Source: the human T2T-CHM13v2.0 reference genome, Homo sapiens. From it: DNA of 64,000 nucleotides. The notes under the pieces were generated by a model. The model was not told where the DNA came from and ran no database searches. It saw nothing but the letters and a program-made list of their open reading frames with translations. This document shows, piece after piece, positions 1 through 13,578 of the stretch; position 1 is the first letter of the stretch, and every line of letters begins with the position of its first letter. The translations under genes were made by a program, and so were the position numbers. Location: assembly GCF_009914755.1 (NCBI RefSeq), contig NC_060927.1. One strand, written 5' to 3'.

Positions 1-742
<742 letters not shown>

Positions 743-850
743 GCCTGAAATCCCAGCACTTTGGGAGGCCAACGTGAGAAGATTGCTTAAGCCCAGGAGT
801 TCGAGACCAGCCTGGGCAAGATGGCAAGATCCCATCTCTATTTAAATAAA
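743..850 (+). mobile_element. Alu left monomer (FLAM-like) fragment
   Basis: tcccagcactttgggaggcc...gttcgagaccagcctgggc followed by short A-rich tail. Confidence 0.85.
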
Positions 851-1589
851 CAAACCCTGAATACTGAATGACTGGCAATTTTAACTTTGGAATAAAACTT
901 GGATCTGAATTGCATTTTAATAAGTTGAATTAATAAGTAGATACTTAAAATCTTTAAAAAATTAAATTGAAATATTTTAACATTTTATGTATTTACATCT
1001 TGATAACTGTCTGTGGATTGCTAAAATAAATTGAAATTCAACTCTAGTCTTTAAGCAAACACAAAAAGCCTTTGGAACAGGATTCTGGCTTGAAATTTGA
1101 AAATGTTGAAGAAATGTTTGGTTGAAAGATGTAGTGGAAACATGTTACCTAGGTTACATGAATTTATGATCAAAAATATAAAATGGATCTTTTAAAGCAT
1201 ATAATCCACCCCCCTGCAATTTAAATATATCTGAAATCTGTTGCCAATTTGATGACTCCTGCTTTATAATGCCACTCATATTCTTTATATTGAAGGCAAA
1301 ACATCTTTCCAAGAGAGTTAATATCCCTATTTGATAAACACAATAGTTTATTTATAACATGCCATTTCTATCATAGGTCACTGGAGACAGAAATCAGATT
1401 TTATTTGAAAGAGTTCAGAATGGTAATGAAAACCTTAGTTTAGATTTTTTACTAATATGTTAAATTTCTATAAAATAATTTACATTCCTACAACAAAAGA
1501 GGAAGTATAGAGTAATAAAAAGGATGTGGCCTTTATAATCAAACAATTTGTATAAGAATTCCTGTTCTCCCAAGTCTACCTGTGGAGGA

Positions 1590-2030
1590 TAGTTGTTTGG
1601 CTAATCTAACACCCATTCCCAGCCTCCTTTTCTTTGTTCATGAGAAGTTGAGAAATTAAGATTCCAACTTCCCTAGCCTCCCTTCCAATGAGATTGTGTG
1701 ACTCAGTACTGTCCAATAAACTGTAAGGGGATGCTGCCAGGACATTTCTAGGAAATCTTTTCATTAAAAAGAGAGAAAAACATGAGGAGAAAGTAATTCT
1801 CTTTTTGCCATCACCCTTACTCCCTTTTGTGTTGGATCTGCACATGGATAAAATGGCCGCAGTCATCTTAGGACCAAGAGGGTGAGGGCAAGATGATACC
1901 AGTGACCCTGACCTAGTGCCCCTACCTTGTTGAATCACTGGCCCAACCATGGGGTTACCAGCTTTCTGATTCCTTATTAGATTATTTAAAAAATACTTTC
2001 TTTGCTTGTAGCCATAAGCATTTCTTTCTG
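1590..2030 (+). mobile_element. Ancient ERVL LTR (LTR16/LTR33-like), degraded
   Basis: ttccctagcctcccttcc...gtgactcagtactgtccaat and gccgcagtcatctt resemble LTR16/33 motifs; boundaries approximate. Confidence 0.4.
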
Positions 2031-2059
2031 ATGTATGACCTTTACTATCATTTGCAAAC

Positions 2060-2180
2060 ATTTTGACTTTTCTGAGCTTCAATTCCCTTTTCTGTACAAT
2101 AGAAATGACAGTACTTAATTCACAGTTTGTAGCTATCATTGTGTAAGGATTTGTTGAATAATGTATTTGAGTAGACTAAT
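2060..2180 (+). mobile_element. MIR fragment
   Basis: ttctgagcttcaattcccttttctgtacaat resembles the MIR core. Confidence 0.55.
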
Positions 2181-2261
2181 ACAGTAGAAGTTCACTGATA
2201 AACACAGTTTGATCATAAATACTTTGGATTGTTGTGTGTGTGTGTGTGTGTTTTTTTTTTT

Positions 2262-2434
2262 TTCAGGTTTTGGGATGTTTGCATTATACTGATTGAGCAT
2301 CCCTAGTCTAAAAAGCTGAAATCTGAAATGTTCCAATGAGCATTTCATTTCAATGTCATGTCAGTGCTCAAAAAGTTTCCGATTTTAGAGTATTTCAGAT
2401 TTCAGCTTTTCAGATTAGAGATACTCAACTTGTA
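2262..2434 (-). mobile_element. Tigger4a (MER46-like) DNA transposon fragment preceded by (TG)n/poly-T
   Basis: gttccaatgagcatttc...gtcagtgctcaaaaagtttc...atactcaacttgta; ends in TA. Confidence 0.75.
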
Positions 2435-2534
2435 GCTCTTTTTGGTTACATTAATGGAGCCGTGTTGCCTTAACCAACTTCAGAAAGATAGAATTTAATA
2501 ACATTCTACTGGTTTAACAACACTACATGATATG

Positions 2535-2675
2535 TTTTAACTTATTTACTTCTCATTTAAATCTTCCAATAAATCTATAGGGAAGATATAATGCTCCATT
2601 TACAGATGAGGAAACTGAGGCTTAGAAACAGAAAATGTTCCAAGGTCAAACAGTTTGAATGTGTCAGAGCTGGTG
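2535..2675 (-). mobile_element. MIR
   Basis: ccatttacagatgaggaaactgaggc is the MIR core, antisense. Confidence 0.8.
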
Positions 2676-3289
2676 ATTGTGCCCTAATGATTACCTTCTA
2701 AGCCATGGGGGTTAGGAAAACCCTGAATAGGGAACATGAGAAAGCACCAAGCCAGAGAAGCAGCAGATTTCACCTGCAGCCAGAGAGGCCCAAGGTGAGT
2801 GCCACTGAGAGATACTGAGAGCTCTGTAATGTGCATGTATGTATCTATGAATGTGGGGCGGGGGGTGCAGAGGGGAGGACTTGGGAAGCAACTGTGACAG
2901 AGGACAAGAGCTGGCTTAGAAACAGGAGCCAAAGATCGAGTCCAGAAGAGCTGATAAAGTTAGTGGTGAACTCACACGCCTTCATGAGTCAAAATGGTAA
3001 CATGAATTTGTGAATCTGGTGGAAGGAAGACAAAAAAGGATGGAAGGGACTGGCAACTGGAGAGAGGGTACATGCCCCCTGTAAACATATCATTAAAAAT
3101 GTAAAACACCGTGCTAACAAAATAAGACATGTACATGGAGAGTACTTGATTCCTGGCCACTGGTTTGTAACCTGGAAAGTAATGCAGCAGAAAATAGAAG
3201 CCCATTTTGCAAATGACTTCTTAGTCCAAGCTTTTTTCTTTAAAACATGTTATCTGGCATGCATTTACTCTTTCATTTAACCATAGGTT

Positions 3290-4125
3290 TTAGCAATCAA
3301 CATCATTTGGCATCTTTGGACCAGGTACTGTGCTAGGGTTGGGGTTATTAAGACTCCAGAATGGAACAAGACACAGTCCTGTCCTTAATAGAAAGAATAT
3401 CATATTTATAAATTGTAGTAGTACATGAAAGGCCTGAAAATAGCTCTCTTGCAGAGTGCATTGGAGCACAAAGGACAAGGCAACTTATCTTCAAGGAGTG
3501 ATTATGGGAGGCTGCCCAGAGAAGTGAGACTTTACTGAGTTTATACCAAAAAGAATAGGGGGAGGATTTTGCTTTTGCTTTATAGAGTGTGCGTGAAATG
3601 GAGGGCAGTGGTCAGAGAGGGGAAGATTAAGGAAAAGTAGCTCTGCTTTAGGCAATAGATGAGAATGATTTTATATATATATATATATGTGTATGTCAAA
3701 GTTTCTGGTTTAAATAATTCATTTCAGGCAGAAGGATCAGCATATGCAAAGGCCAAGAGACAACAGAATAAGGGAAGGTGTATTGCTTATCAATACATAA
3801 AGCCTTAAAGGAAGGCCAGATAATGAAAAGCTTTTATGACAAGAATTTAGGGTCTTTGGATTTCATCTTGCAGGCATTTGAAGGATTTTAATTGGAAAAA
3901 TCAAGGGTAAATTAGCATACAGAAGGATAACTCTGGGCTCTCTGAGGAGGGTGGATGTGGAATGAGCAAGATTAGAGAGATGGGAGCCATACAGAGGCTT
4001 CTTTCATAGCATGGATAAAATATGATAAAGGATTTGACTGGGATATGAGAAAGGAGGGAACTGGTAGGAGAAATAGGACTTATGATACTAGGATGTGCTT
4101 GTTGCTTAGAAAATGCAGAAGAGAG
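3290..4125 (-). mobile_element. L2 3' region, fragmented
   Basis: ccaggtactgtgctagg, cagcatatgcaaaggcc and tttggatttcatctt are typical antisense L2 motifs. Confidence 0.6.
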
Positions 4126-4138
4126 AGAGAAGCCTAGA

Positions 4139-4290
4139 GTAGTGGCTCTCAAACTCTAGCAAGCAACAGAACCACCTGAAAGGCTCCTAGTAGTCCTTGG
4201 CTGGGAACTTGTTTGCATTTCCAAGAAACTCCTAGGGCATGCTGATGCTGACATTGCTGGTCTGGGAGACACACTTTGAGAACCACTGGT
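4139..4290. mobile_element. MER5A hAT MITE
   Basis: agtggctctcaaact...gctgatgctg...cactttgagaaccactg terminal inverted motifs. Confidence 0.8.
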
Positions 4291-4466
4291 CCAGGTAACT
4301 TGCAGGACTTTGCCCTGGGTAGGTGACCATTTAAATCTACTCTTCCATAAACTTTAGAAGTTAGTGCAAGTATTGAATTGGCAGACCATCTTATTAACAA
4401 GTTATAAATAGTTTGTATCAAATAAGTGGTCAGATGAGAAGTTCATAATTTGCAAAGCCTCTGATT

Positions 4467-4617
4467 TGTTTTTTTTTTTTTTTTTTTTTGAGACCGACTC
4501 ACCCTGTCACCCATGCTGGAATGCAGTGGTGCGATCAGGAATCACTGCAGCCTTGACCTCCTGGGCTCAAGAAATCCTCCCATTTATCAGTCACCCAAGT
4601 AGCTGGGACTAAAGGCA
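4467..4617 (-). mobile_element. 5'-truncated AluJ/FRAM-like right monomer
   Basis: Poly-T then right arm; 14-bp TSD caaagcctctgatt at 4453-4466 and 4618-4631. Confidence 0.9.
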
Positions 4618-5084
4618 CAAAGCCTCTGATTCTAAGAAAGACTGAAGTGAAAAGGTTTCTAAACACCAACAGTTTTATTTTCCATGAATGATAAAGTAAT
4701 TGAGATAGGGAAACAGAGGGAATCTTATTAATTTAGATTTCTATAATTGGCAACGTAGAATAATTTGGAGAGATTATCAATGGAGTTTCTTTGTAGTAAA
4801 TATTATAAGAACTTATAAGCAAGCAAATAACAGAAGGATTGAAATAATAATTCATACCATGTAGAAAGTAATTTTACTAGGAAATATAGAAAATGTTATT
4901 TTCTCAGATGAGCATCCAGAGATGAGCATTATCTTTGGCTGGAAGATAATAAATAAGCCTATTATTTCCTGAGGCTTTTTATAGATTCCTACTGTCTTCT
5001 GATTCCACTTTTCTATGGATTCATCCAGCCATTGCAAACATATTTGGGTGTTTGATGGTACAGCTGTGGCTGCTGCGAGCACAT

Positions 5085-5220
5085 TTTAAAAATGTGGTCC
5101 TAGGACCTCCACCAAAGACTGCCTGAAGTCAGAATCTCAAGGGATGGAGCTTTGAATCTATATTATTAGCAGCCTCACCAAGTAATTCACACTCACACTG
5201 AAGTTTGACAACCCCTAGCA
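5085..5220. mobile_element. MER5-family fragment
   Basis: tcagaatctc...cacactgaagtttgacaaccc. Confidence 0.55.
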
Positions 5221-5493
5221 TAGATATTTGGCTTTCAGGGATAAAAGGTTTTCTTCTCTCAAGAGAATAAATTTACATCACTTACATTTGTAGTGACCTA
5301 GCTTGCTGTGACTACACTTTTGTCTCTTAACAAGCAATTGTAATAGGTATTCATCTCAGTCCACAAAATGATGCATAACAAATCAAATCTCTCTCCACTT
5401 CCTTCCCTCCCTTTCTCTCTTCCTTCCCTCCCGTGCTGCCTTTCTGTCCAACTCAACTCAGTGTTTATTGTGAGCTCTCATAGCTTTAGAAAA

Positions 5494-7080
5494 TTAGGTT
5501 TTAATTTTTTTGTGCTATGGAACCCTCTGGCAGTCTGGCAAAGTCCAGGGCCTCTTTTTGGAATACTTTTTTTAAATGCACAAAATACAATACATAGAAG
5601 TACAAAGAAAATGCATTAATTAAATCTTAGATATTGACTGAAAATTTTAAAATCTACTTCCAATAGTAAGAACTCCAGTTGTATTCGAGAAATGGATATA
5701 TTTTTTAAAAATTATTAAAAATAAGACCCATGGGTATTCTAAAAATTGCCACAATTTTGTAGTGATGAGCATAAATAATATTCTGAGATATCAGCAACAA
5801 CTCTGATGTCATGTATTGGGGAAAATTCAGCCAGATATAGGGCAAAATTCACCCCTGATATTTCATGTAGGTTCTTTTGTATTTTCCCTAAGCATTGGCT
5901 GGTTTGAGAAATAAAGGGACAGAGTACAAAAGAGAGATATTTTAAAGCTGAGCATCCAGGGGATACATCACATGATGGTAGGTTCCATGATGCCCCCTGA
6001 GCCGTAAAACCAGCAAGTTTTTATTAGTGATTTTCAAAAGGGAAGGGAGTGTACGAGTAGGGTGTGGGTCACAGAGATCATGTGCTTCACAAGGTAATAG
6101 AATGTCACAAGGCAAATGGAGGCAGGGTGAGATCACAGGACCACAGGACCTGGGCGAAATTAAAATTGCTAATGAAGTTTCAGGCACCATTGTCATTGAT
6201 AACATCTTATCAGGAGACAGGGTTTGAGAGCAACCGGTCTGACCAAAATTTGTTAGGTGGGAATTTCCTCGCCCTAATAAGCCTGGGAGCGCTATGGGAG
6301 ACTGGGTCTTATTTCATCCCTACAGTTTCAACCATAGAAGACAGCCACACCCAAGGGGGCCATTTTAGAGGCCCACCCTCAGGGGCGCATTCTTTTTCTC
6401 AGGGATGTTCCTTGATGAGAAAAAGAATTCAGCAATATTTCTCCCGTTTGCTTTTGAAAGAGGAGAAATATGGCTCTGTTCTGCCCAGCTCACTGGCAGT
6501 CAGAGTTTAAGGTTATCTCTCTTGTTCCCTGAACATTGCTGTTATCCTATTCTTTTTTCAAGGTGCCCAGATTTCATATTGTTCAAACACATATGTTCTT
6601 CAATTTGTGCAGTTAACACAATCATCACAGGGTCCTGAGGCGACATACATCCTCCTCAGTTTATGAGATGACAGGATTAAGAGATTAAAGTAAAGACAGG
6701 CATAGGAAATCACAAGGGTATTGACTGGGGAAGTGATAAGTGTCCATGAAATCTTCACAATTTATGTTCAGAGATTACAGTAAAGACAGGCATAAGAAAT
6801 TATAAAAGTATTAATTTGGGGATCTAATAAATGTCCATGAAATCTTCAAAATTTATGTTCTTCCACCATAGCTTCAGCCAGTCCCTCCATTCGGGGTCCC
6901 TGACTTCCCGCAACAGTCACATAAAAGTGTGACTTCATTGGTGACAGATTTTGCCTAACTACTTGCTCTGCAGACTCATTTTGTAATCGAAAAAGATACC
7001 AAATATTATTCAGAAGTTAGTGGAAATGAAGATATTGTTTGTCCTCCTTCTAAGTTCTAGACACCAGGTTAAAGCGCTCT
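5494..7080 (+). mobile_element. Charlie4a-like hAT element, split by the MER11 LTR (about 5494-5813 and 6916-7080)
   Basis: ttttgtgctatggaaccctctggcagtctgg...agtgatgagcataaataatattctgagatatc; resumes with ttggtgacag...gttagtggaaatgaagat. Confidence 0.7.
5814..6915 (-). mobile_element. MER11 solo LTR (HERVK11/HML-8 family)
   Basis: Minus-strand start tgttgcgggaagtcagggacccc; about 1.1 kb; two internal ~90-bp repeats (about 6690-6860); 6-bp flanks gtcatg / gtcaca. Confidence 0.92.
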
Positions 7081-7877
7081 AGTAAGTTAGAAACTTAATC
7101 AGCTTGCTAAAGATCATCTCTACCTTCGTGCCTTTGCATATAGGTTCTAGGGGCTTACCTGGAGCTAGTGTTTGTGTTGGAGTGCTGCAGTTTTCCACTG
7201 TCATCTTTTCCTGCTGGTTGGTATTGGCTAAGATGTCCACAAGTCCCTCCTCAGATGTCAGTGTATGCAGGCTGCTGCTCTTTCCATCTTAATTCCTTTT
7301 CAGAAATCTCCGTTTGCTCCATTGGCTCCTTCTGTCTTCCTCTGTGGCACTCTGGGATCCAGCAAAGTCCTGCTGTTCTTAAGTCATGATGGGGCATGGA
7401 GACTGTTGTCAGACATTCTCATACCTAGGTACGTAGTGCCGCCATTTTTTCTCTGGGTAGTTATCACCTCCCCAGGGCTCTACCTGGAAGAATTCCTGCT
7501 ACTCTGGGGTTGTACAAACCTATTTGAGTATTCTATGCACTCTCCCTCTTTCTTAGCATAGGAGAGGGGTTAGGGTGGGTGCTCAGGAAGAGGGCACCAT
7601 TCTCACAGCTCACATAGCACCTACACCATTAACGCCTTCTCTGTGACTTTTCTTTCTCATCGCATCTTTGAATTAGAATCCCTTTCTAATCTTGTGGACA
7701 GATAGGGAAGAAAGAGTCTTTTCTTACTGAACAAATACTATTCTAAACATGGTATCCATGAGTTCTTTCTAACACCCTTTTCCTTTGAAACACTTTTGTT
7801 CTCCTCTTTCTGCTGTAACATGACTCCATGAGGTAATGGCCCTTATATTAGGGAGAAGACCCAAGAGTGAGCATCTC

Positions 7878-8335
7878 CAGTATGAGTTAGGGTACAGTTT
7901 TGTTACTGTAGCAAGGAGGTCCTAAATCATATGGCTTAAATGAAAGAGAAGTCTGTTTCTTCTTGTGTGTTGAAGGAAATGGCCAGCATGTAGGAGTGCC
8001 ATTGTCCTATGTGGTCACTCAAGGCTTCAGGTTTTTTCTACAGTTTAGCTTCATTTATCCCTTTGGTGTCTTCTATGTGAAGCTTGGGTAGTCTCAGTGG
8101 GAAGTGAGGAAAGGGGAAGCATAGATTTCATTTTAAGTAAATGGAACAAGAGTTGCTCAGAACACTTTCACTCATATTCTATTCATGAGGACTCAGCTAC
8201 AAGGTGACTCCTGAGTAAAAGAGAGGCTGGGCAATGTTGTCCTACCAGGGCAACTAAATGCCTAGTGAAACTCTCATATTTCGGAAAAAGGTTAGCGGGA
8301 ATGGATTTTGGAGGAAAAACTAGCAGTCTGTCACA
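7878..8335 (-). mobile_element. Ancient MaLR/ERVL LTR (MLT1-like), degraded
   Basis: gagttagggtacagttttg...atggcttaaa...cactcatattctatt...agaggctgggcaatgt. Confidence 0.4.
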
Positions 8336-8841
8336 ATTATTTTACATACCCCCCTCCCCCAGCTATTTTTGGCTAGCCACTTCTCTAGATGTTAACCTAA
8401 AGATTTGGCTTATATCGTAGAGTTTCCCTTAATGCTTGAGCGATATTATTCCAACCCTGTTTCCTCGAGGATGGAGGAGATGTCTAGGCGAGGACATCTG
8501 TGTGTCTTCTGCTGTGTTCACTGCTGAATTTAAGAAGCCTCTGGGCACATATGGAAACTGGTAAATGTCCTGACAAAGGACTGCAGGCAGGGAGAGGAGC
8601 TCTGCTGGGGAGTCCTCATCCTAAGGAAGGAAGCCTGCTGAGGTCAGCAGAGCCTGAGGATGAGGCCTTTCACACTGGAAGGGAGGAGTGCAGCTGGTAC
8701 AGGGTGGTGTCGCTTAACCACTGATAGCACATTTGGGTCCTTGGGAGGAAATATAATATGTAACTAACACTCAAAAGACTATTACCAAACTTAGTAATAT
8801 ATTCGGACCAACAATGCTGCTTTTGAGGACCATTCCAGTGA

Positions 8842-9143
8842 ATTTTTTTTTTTTTTTTTTGAGATGGAGTCTTGCTCTGTCGCTCAAGCTGGAATGCAGT
8901 GGTGCAATCTTGGCTCACTGCCACCTTTGCCTCCCAGGTCCAAGTGATCCTCCCACCTTAGCCTTCTGAGTAGATGGGTCTACTGGTGTGCACCACCACG
9001 CCTGGCTAATTTTTTGTATTTTTAGTAGAGACAGGGTTTCACCATGTTGGCCAGACTAGTCTTAAACTCCTGACCTCAGGTGATCCACCCACCTGGGCCT
9101 CTCAGAGTGCTGGGATTACAGGCGTGAGCCACCATGTCTGGCC
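8842..9143 (-). mobile_element. AluS (Sx-like)
   Basis: Full dimer with cctgacctcaggtgatcc; TSD cattccagtga at 8831-8841 and 9145-9155. Confidence 0.95.
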
Positions 9144-9721
9144 TCATTCCAGTGATTTTTAACACACCTAGGAGAGCTGATTTCCTCCCATTGTGCTCTA
9201 ATGATGACACAGCCTGACCCCTTGCAGACCCAAGAGTATATCTCTGCGGGACTGTGGAGCCTGAGAGTGCTCTAAGGGAGGGGGACCCTCCAGGTAGGAG
9301 CAACACAAAGTAGCCTTAAGTGCTTGGTGGAACTGGTATTAGCAATGGAGTGAGCATTATGCCTTGAAGAGTGCTGGTTCCAACTAACAAGGATATTTCT
9401 GTATCCACATGATGACTGCAGAGGTTCTGAGGAGCAAAGCAGAGCAGATTAACAGTAATGCTTGGGGAGCAGCTTAGACAGTGGTGAGTAGGCTTGTGGT
9501 TGAGCACATGTGAGATTCCTTCTGGACCCCCTGACACAGACAGTTTGCAGTGGGCTAGAGGTCTTGCTTAAGTTGGTGTGAGCTGGAACCAGGGCAATTG
9601 AGGTATATAACATAGAGAGCTGTATTGCTTAGGCAAGATGCAAATAATTCTCCTTTATTGTTAAAAAATACTTCTATTTAATAAACTCCATACCTCAAAA
9701 CTCCGTAATTGAAACACATAC

Positions 9722-10096
9722 ATGCCTTTGATAAAGTTTAATTTATAAATTAGGAACAGTAAGATATTAACAATAACTAACAATAAAATAAGAACAATTA
9801 AGTAAAATAGTGTTACTTGAATACAAGCCCTGAGATACCATGATATTTGGTCTGATAACCCAGATGGCTACTAAGCATACATCGTGTGAATACACTAGAC
9901 AAAGGAAAGATTTATGTCCCTGGCAGGATGGGGTAGGATGGTGTGAGATTTCATCTTGCAACTCAGAACAGCAAGCAATTTAAAACCATGAATTGTTTAT
10001 TTCTGGAATTTTCCATGTAATATTTTCAGACCACAGTTGACTTCAGGTAACTGAAACCATGAAAAGTGAAGCTGTGGGAAAGCGAGAACTATGGTA
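9722..10096. mobile_element. MER44 (Tigger-family) fragment
   Basis: aagtttaatttataaattagg...ctgataacccagatggctactaag...aggtaactgaaacc. Confidence 0.75.
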
Positions 10097-10224
10097 TTAG
10101 AAAATAGAAATAGTACTAAATTCTTGGGAGAAGCTATACTTGAATTTAGAAGCTCATTTTTATGTAAGAAACTAGGACTTGGGTGAATCCTCTGTTGGGT
10201 AAAACCTAAGCAAAAAATGTACTT

Positions 10225-10445
10225 AACAAACATTTATGTAGATTTTACCATGTGCCAGGAATTGTTCCAAGTACTTTACAAATTTTTACTCTGTTAGTTT
10301 TCATGATAAGCCTAAGAATTATGTTGCCTCATCCTCAGTTTGTAGATAGGGAAGTAAATCATGAAGAGACAAGTAACTTACTGCAGATCACACAGCAACA
10401 CAATGGCAGAGCTGGGATTCAAACCCAGTCAGCCTGGTTCCCACT
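10225..10445 (-). mobile_element. MIR, near full length
   Basis: atgtgccagg...ggcagagctgggattcaaaccc. Confidence 0.8.
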
Positions 10446-10486
10446 GCTTCTCCAAAGGTGCAGACTATGTAAGGAGTTCTGGGTAA

Positions 10487-10783
10487 TGTCTCTCTCTCTC
10501 TCCGTCTGTCTCTCTCTGTGTGTATGTGTCTGTCTGTCTCTCTCTTCCTCTCTCTCTCTTGCTCTCTCTCCCTCCTTTCGTCCCTCTTCTTTTTCCTTAC
10601 CTAGCTCCCCCATCACCCCCACTTCTCTGTCTCTCTCTCTCTCTGTGTCTGTCTGTCTCTCTCTTCTTCTCTCTCTTGCTCCCTCTCCCTCCTTTCCTTC
10701 CTCTTCTCTTTCCTTCACTAGCTCCCCCCTCATCCCTGCCTCTCTCTCTCTGTCTCTCTGTCTCTCTCTGTCTCTGTCTCTCT
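10487..10783. repeat. CT-rich polypyrimidine low-complexity tract with ~118-bp internal duplication
   Basis: (CT)n/(CTGT)n blocks; ctagctcccc unit occurs twice (10601, 10718). Confidence 0.9.
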
Positions 10784-13159
10784 ATCATTGCTGAGGTGCA
10801 GTGCTTCCATTGGTGATTTCTGCAGCCTGGTCACAATTACCCTGTGGCACTCCAAGAAGCCAGCACTGGCACAGCTGACACATCTTCAAGTCTGTGTCAG
10901 CACAGGACCCACCACAATCAAACATGACACAACTGAGGAGGGCCTCGGACTCTTGCCTTAGCAGAATCACCAGGCAGAGTCATAGAGATAGAGGCTTGCG
11001 TGGCTTTGCTGACACAGCTTGCTTGCCTCAAGAGGCTTCTGTGGGGGCCAGGGTGGAATGGAAGGGAGTTAAGATTCCCTCTCAGCAAGACATCAGGGGT
11101 TGTAACTTTCTCTCTGCACCTTGCAGAGGTTGTAATTTATGCTGGGGAAAGTGATGGAACTTCACGCATTAGATCTATGTCCTTGAATAACTTTCCTGAT
11201 CCAAGATTTGAACAAAGTACAGAAGTGTTTAAGTTGTTGTTTAGACTTGCCAGAGAACAGAGAAGTGACTGGAACGAGTTGCCATAAAAGGAAAACTACT
11301 CATTTCCAAAGCCTTTGCTGAAATGACTGCTGTACTCAAATTTCAGATTTTCCCTGTAACGTACAAAACTAGGCAGATACTTTTGGTTCAAGCTGTGCTT
11401 GTTTTATCTTAATGACATAGGAGGATTCAACAGCAGAAAACCAGGGATATTTTATTTCTCAGATGTAACCTAGAATGGTATTTAGTGGGATAGTGAAATA
11501 GATTGAGAATAACTTGTGGGTTGAGAGCAAAACTTAAACAAAACAAAACAAAACAAACTTTGAAATGTTCCTTCTTGTGATTGTCATGATACACCAGCTT
11601 TCAATTCTCTTATTTTAGCCCTTGAACTCCTAGGTGCTGTGATTTGGTTGGAGTAGACAAAGGGGTACTTCATTAATGTGTAGTAATTTCCCAGCCAAAG
11701 CCCCATCTTGGGACAGACTGCTTGTCATCTGCCTAGTTGTTTCACTGAGATTCAAAAAAGGGAGCATCTTTTCTGTTATAAAAAGGCAATTCCATTTTTA
11801 AAGGCTGGATAATTGTATACAGTTTAAATCAACCCTGAAATAATACTGGAGCCTGATCAGATTCTGATGTTAAAATAGATATCTTGGGATGTTTCAACAG
11901 TTTGATGACAAAAGCTCACCTCCTGGGATTTATAGCCTGAGAGGCTTTCATTCAATTTGGAAACAAATTAAATGGAAATACTTGAGCAGAAAAGTGCAGC
12001 TGCAAACAACACGTGGGGCTCAACATTTACCATAAATATTTTAAGATCAAAATATATATTGATCAGCTGTGGATGAGTTTAATAAAAAAATGTATATTGA
12101 ATTCTAACTAGATGCATGGTAGTGTTTTACAGTGTGAATGAGAGATAGTTCTGACCTCAAGAGGTTTACAAATTAGATCAATTTAAGAAAGCATCATGGT
12201 TTTTAATCTTTTTGGGATCATGACCCTGGATTGATTAGGTTTAGATTAAGCTGGAAGTGGCAGAAGCCCCCCTGCTAACTGTGACTGAAACAAGGTAGTA
12301 ATTTATTTTCTTTTCTTTCAAACACAAGCAATTCCATAACTGGAATGTAACCTCCATGATCATCAAGGATGCATCTTGTGGGTGTTATTTCACTATTGTA
12401 AAATTGTACCTTTGTGTTAACACTGAAATTCTTGGAGATTTTCCCCCATTTGTTTCTCTTGCATATCAAGTTCATGATAAAGCCATTTAACAAGGCCCCT
12501 TGACTCAATCACTTTGGCTGCTTTTAATGACTAGCTCAAGGAGCTAGATGGCATCACCTTAGAATAAAGAAGGAGGAGCTTCAATACCAGAGTCGTCTGT
12601 GTTTAAAACGTCATCTCCACTATTATGCACTAACCTGAAAGAGGCAAAAGCCGGTAAACAGTTTAGTTGTGCATATGCCCCATTATCTAAGAGTAGATTC
12701 AGTGGTAATAATTGTTCATCAGACTAACATGTGATACGCCAGTGCTCTATGTTTACATTCAGGGAGGAAGAATGTAGATTCTACATGAAAAATGGTGACA
12801 AAATAGCTTAGTTATTTAAAATGATCTAAATTGAGCTTGGTTACTGTTGTAGAGGTTCAGCTTACCACCTGTCATAAGTTCTTGATTATTCATAACTTAA
12901 AGCTTAGGAGTTGTATCAGAATTAGAAAGTCAGAAAAATGCTGCACAACTTATGTACAAATGATGAGGTTGCTCAGTGCTGAGAAAACCTCCAACATGAT
13001 AATACATCAACTGTCCAGTGAAAATGTGAATTTAATATATCCAATTCCATTTTATCTTTCTTTTTTGAATTATTGAACAGTAAGTGCTGAGAGTTAATTT
13101 AATTATACTCTTAATGACATACTATATATATATATATTGTACCATATAAGGCTTCAATC

Positions 13160-13470
13160 TTAATTTAATTTTATTTTCCCTCTGTTATCCCCAATCCCAT
13201 TCTTCTCCCTTATATAAAATTTACTTTAATGTGTTTGATAAATATCCTTCAATAGGTCTAAATTCTTGTAAAATGTGTAGGGTTGTTTTGCATGTATCTG
13301 TATTTTAAATTTCTTTAAACATAACTCTGTAGATCTAGTTATACTCATGTTGCTGTACATCCATCTAGCTCTTCATTTCTAACTGTTGCCTTGGATTCCA
13401 TGGCATGCAACAACACTACTTTACTGACCCCTTCCCTATTGAGCTTTAAGGTTGCCTCCAACTCCCCGAT
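13160..13470 (-). mobile_element. Old L1M (L1ME-like) 3' fragment
   Basis: catgttgctgtacat...ttcatttctaactgttg...attcca resembles antisense L1ME 3' end. Confidence 0.5.
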
Positions 13471-13578
13471 GTCCCCATCAATACTTTTGATAGTCACATT
13501 ACCTGAGACAAGACATGGGAAATATAAGCAAAAATTGTCAGTACGAAAGTTTCAAGCCCCTCTGGGCTATTGATTTCT

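Noticed and set aside
1606-2139. 177-aa minus-strand ORF
   Set aside because: Overlaps degraded LTR and MIR relics; no recognisable domain or exon context
6690-6860. Novel ~90-bp tandem repeat
   Set aside because: Internal repeats are a known structural feature of MER11 LTRs
10252-10816. 180-aa and overlapping S/L-rich or R/E-rich ORFs
   Set aside because: Stop-free reading of a MIR plus CT microsatellite
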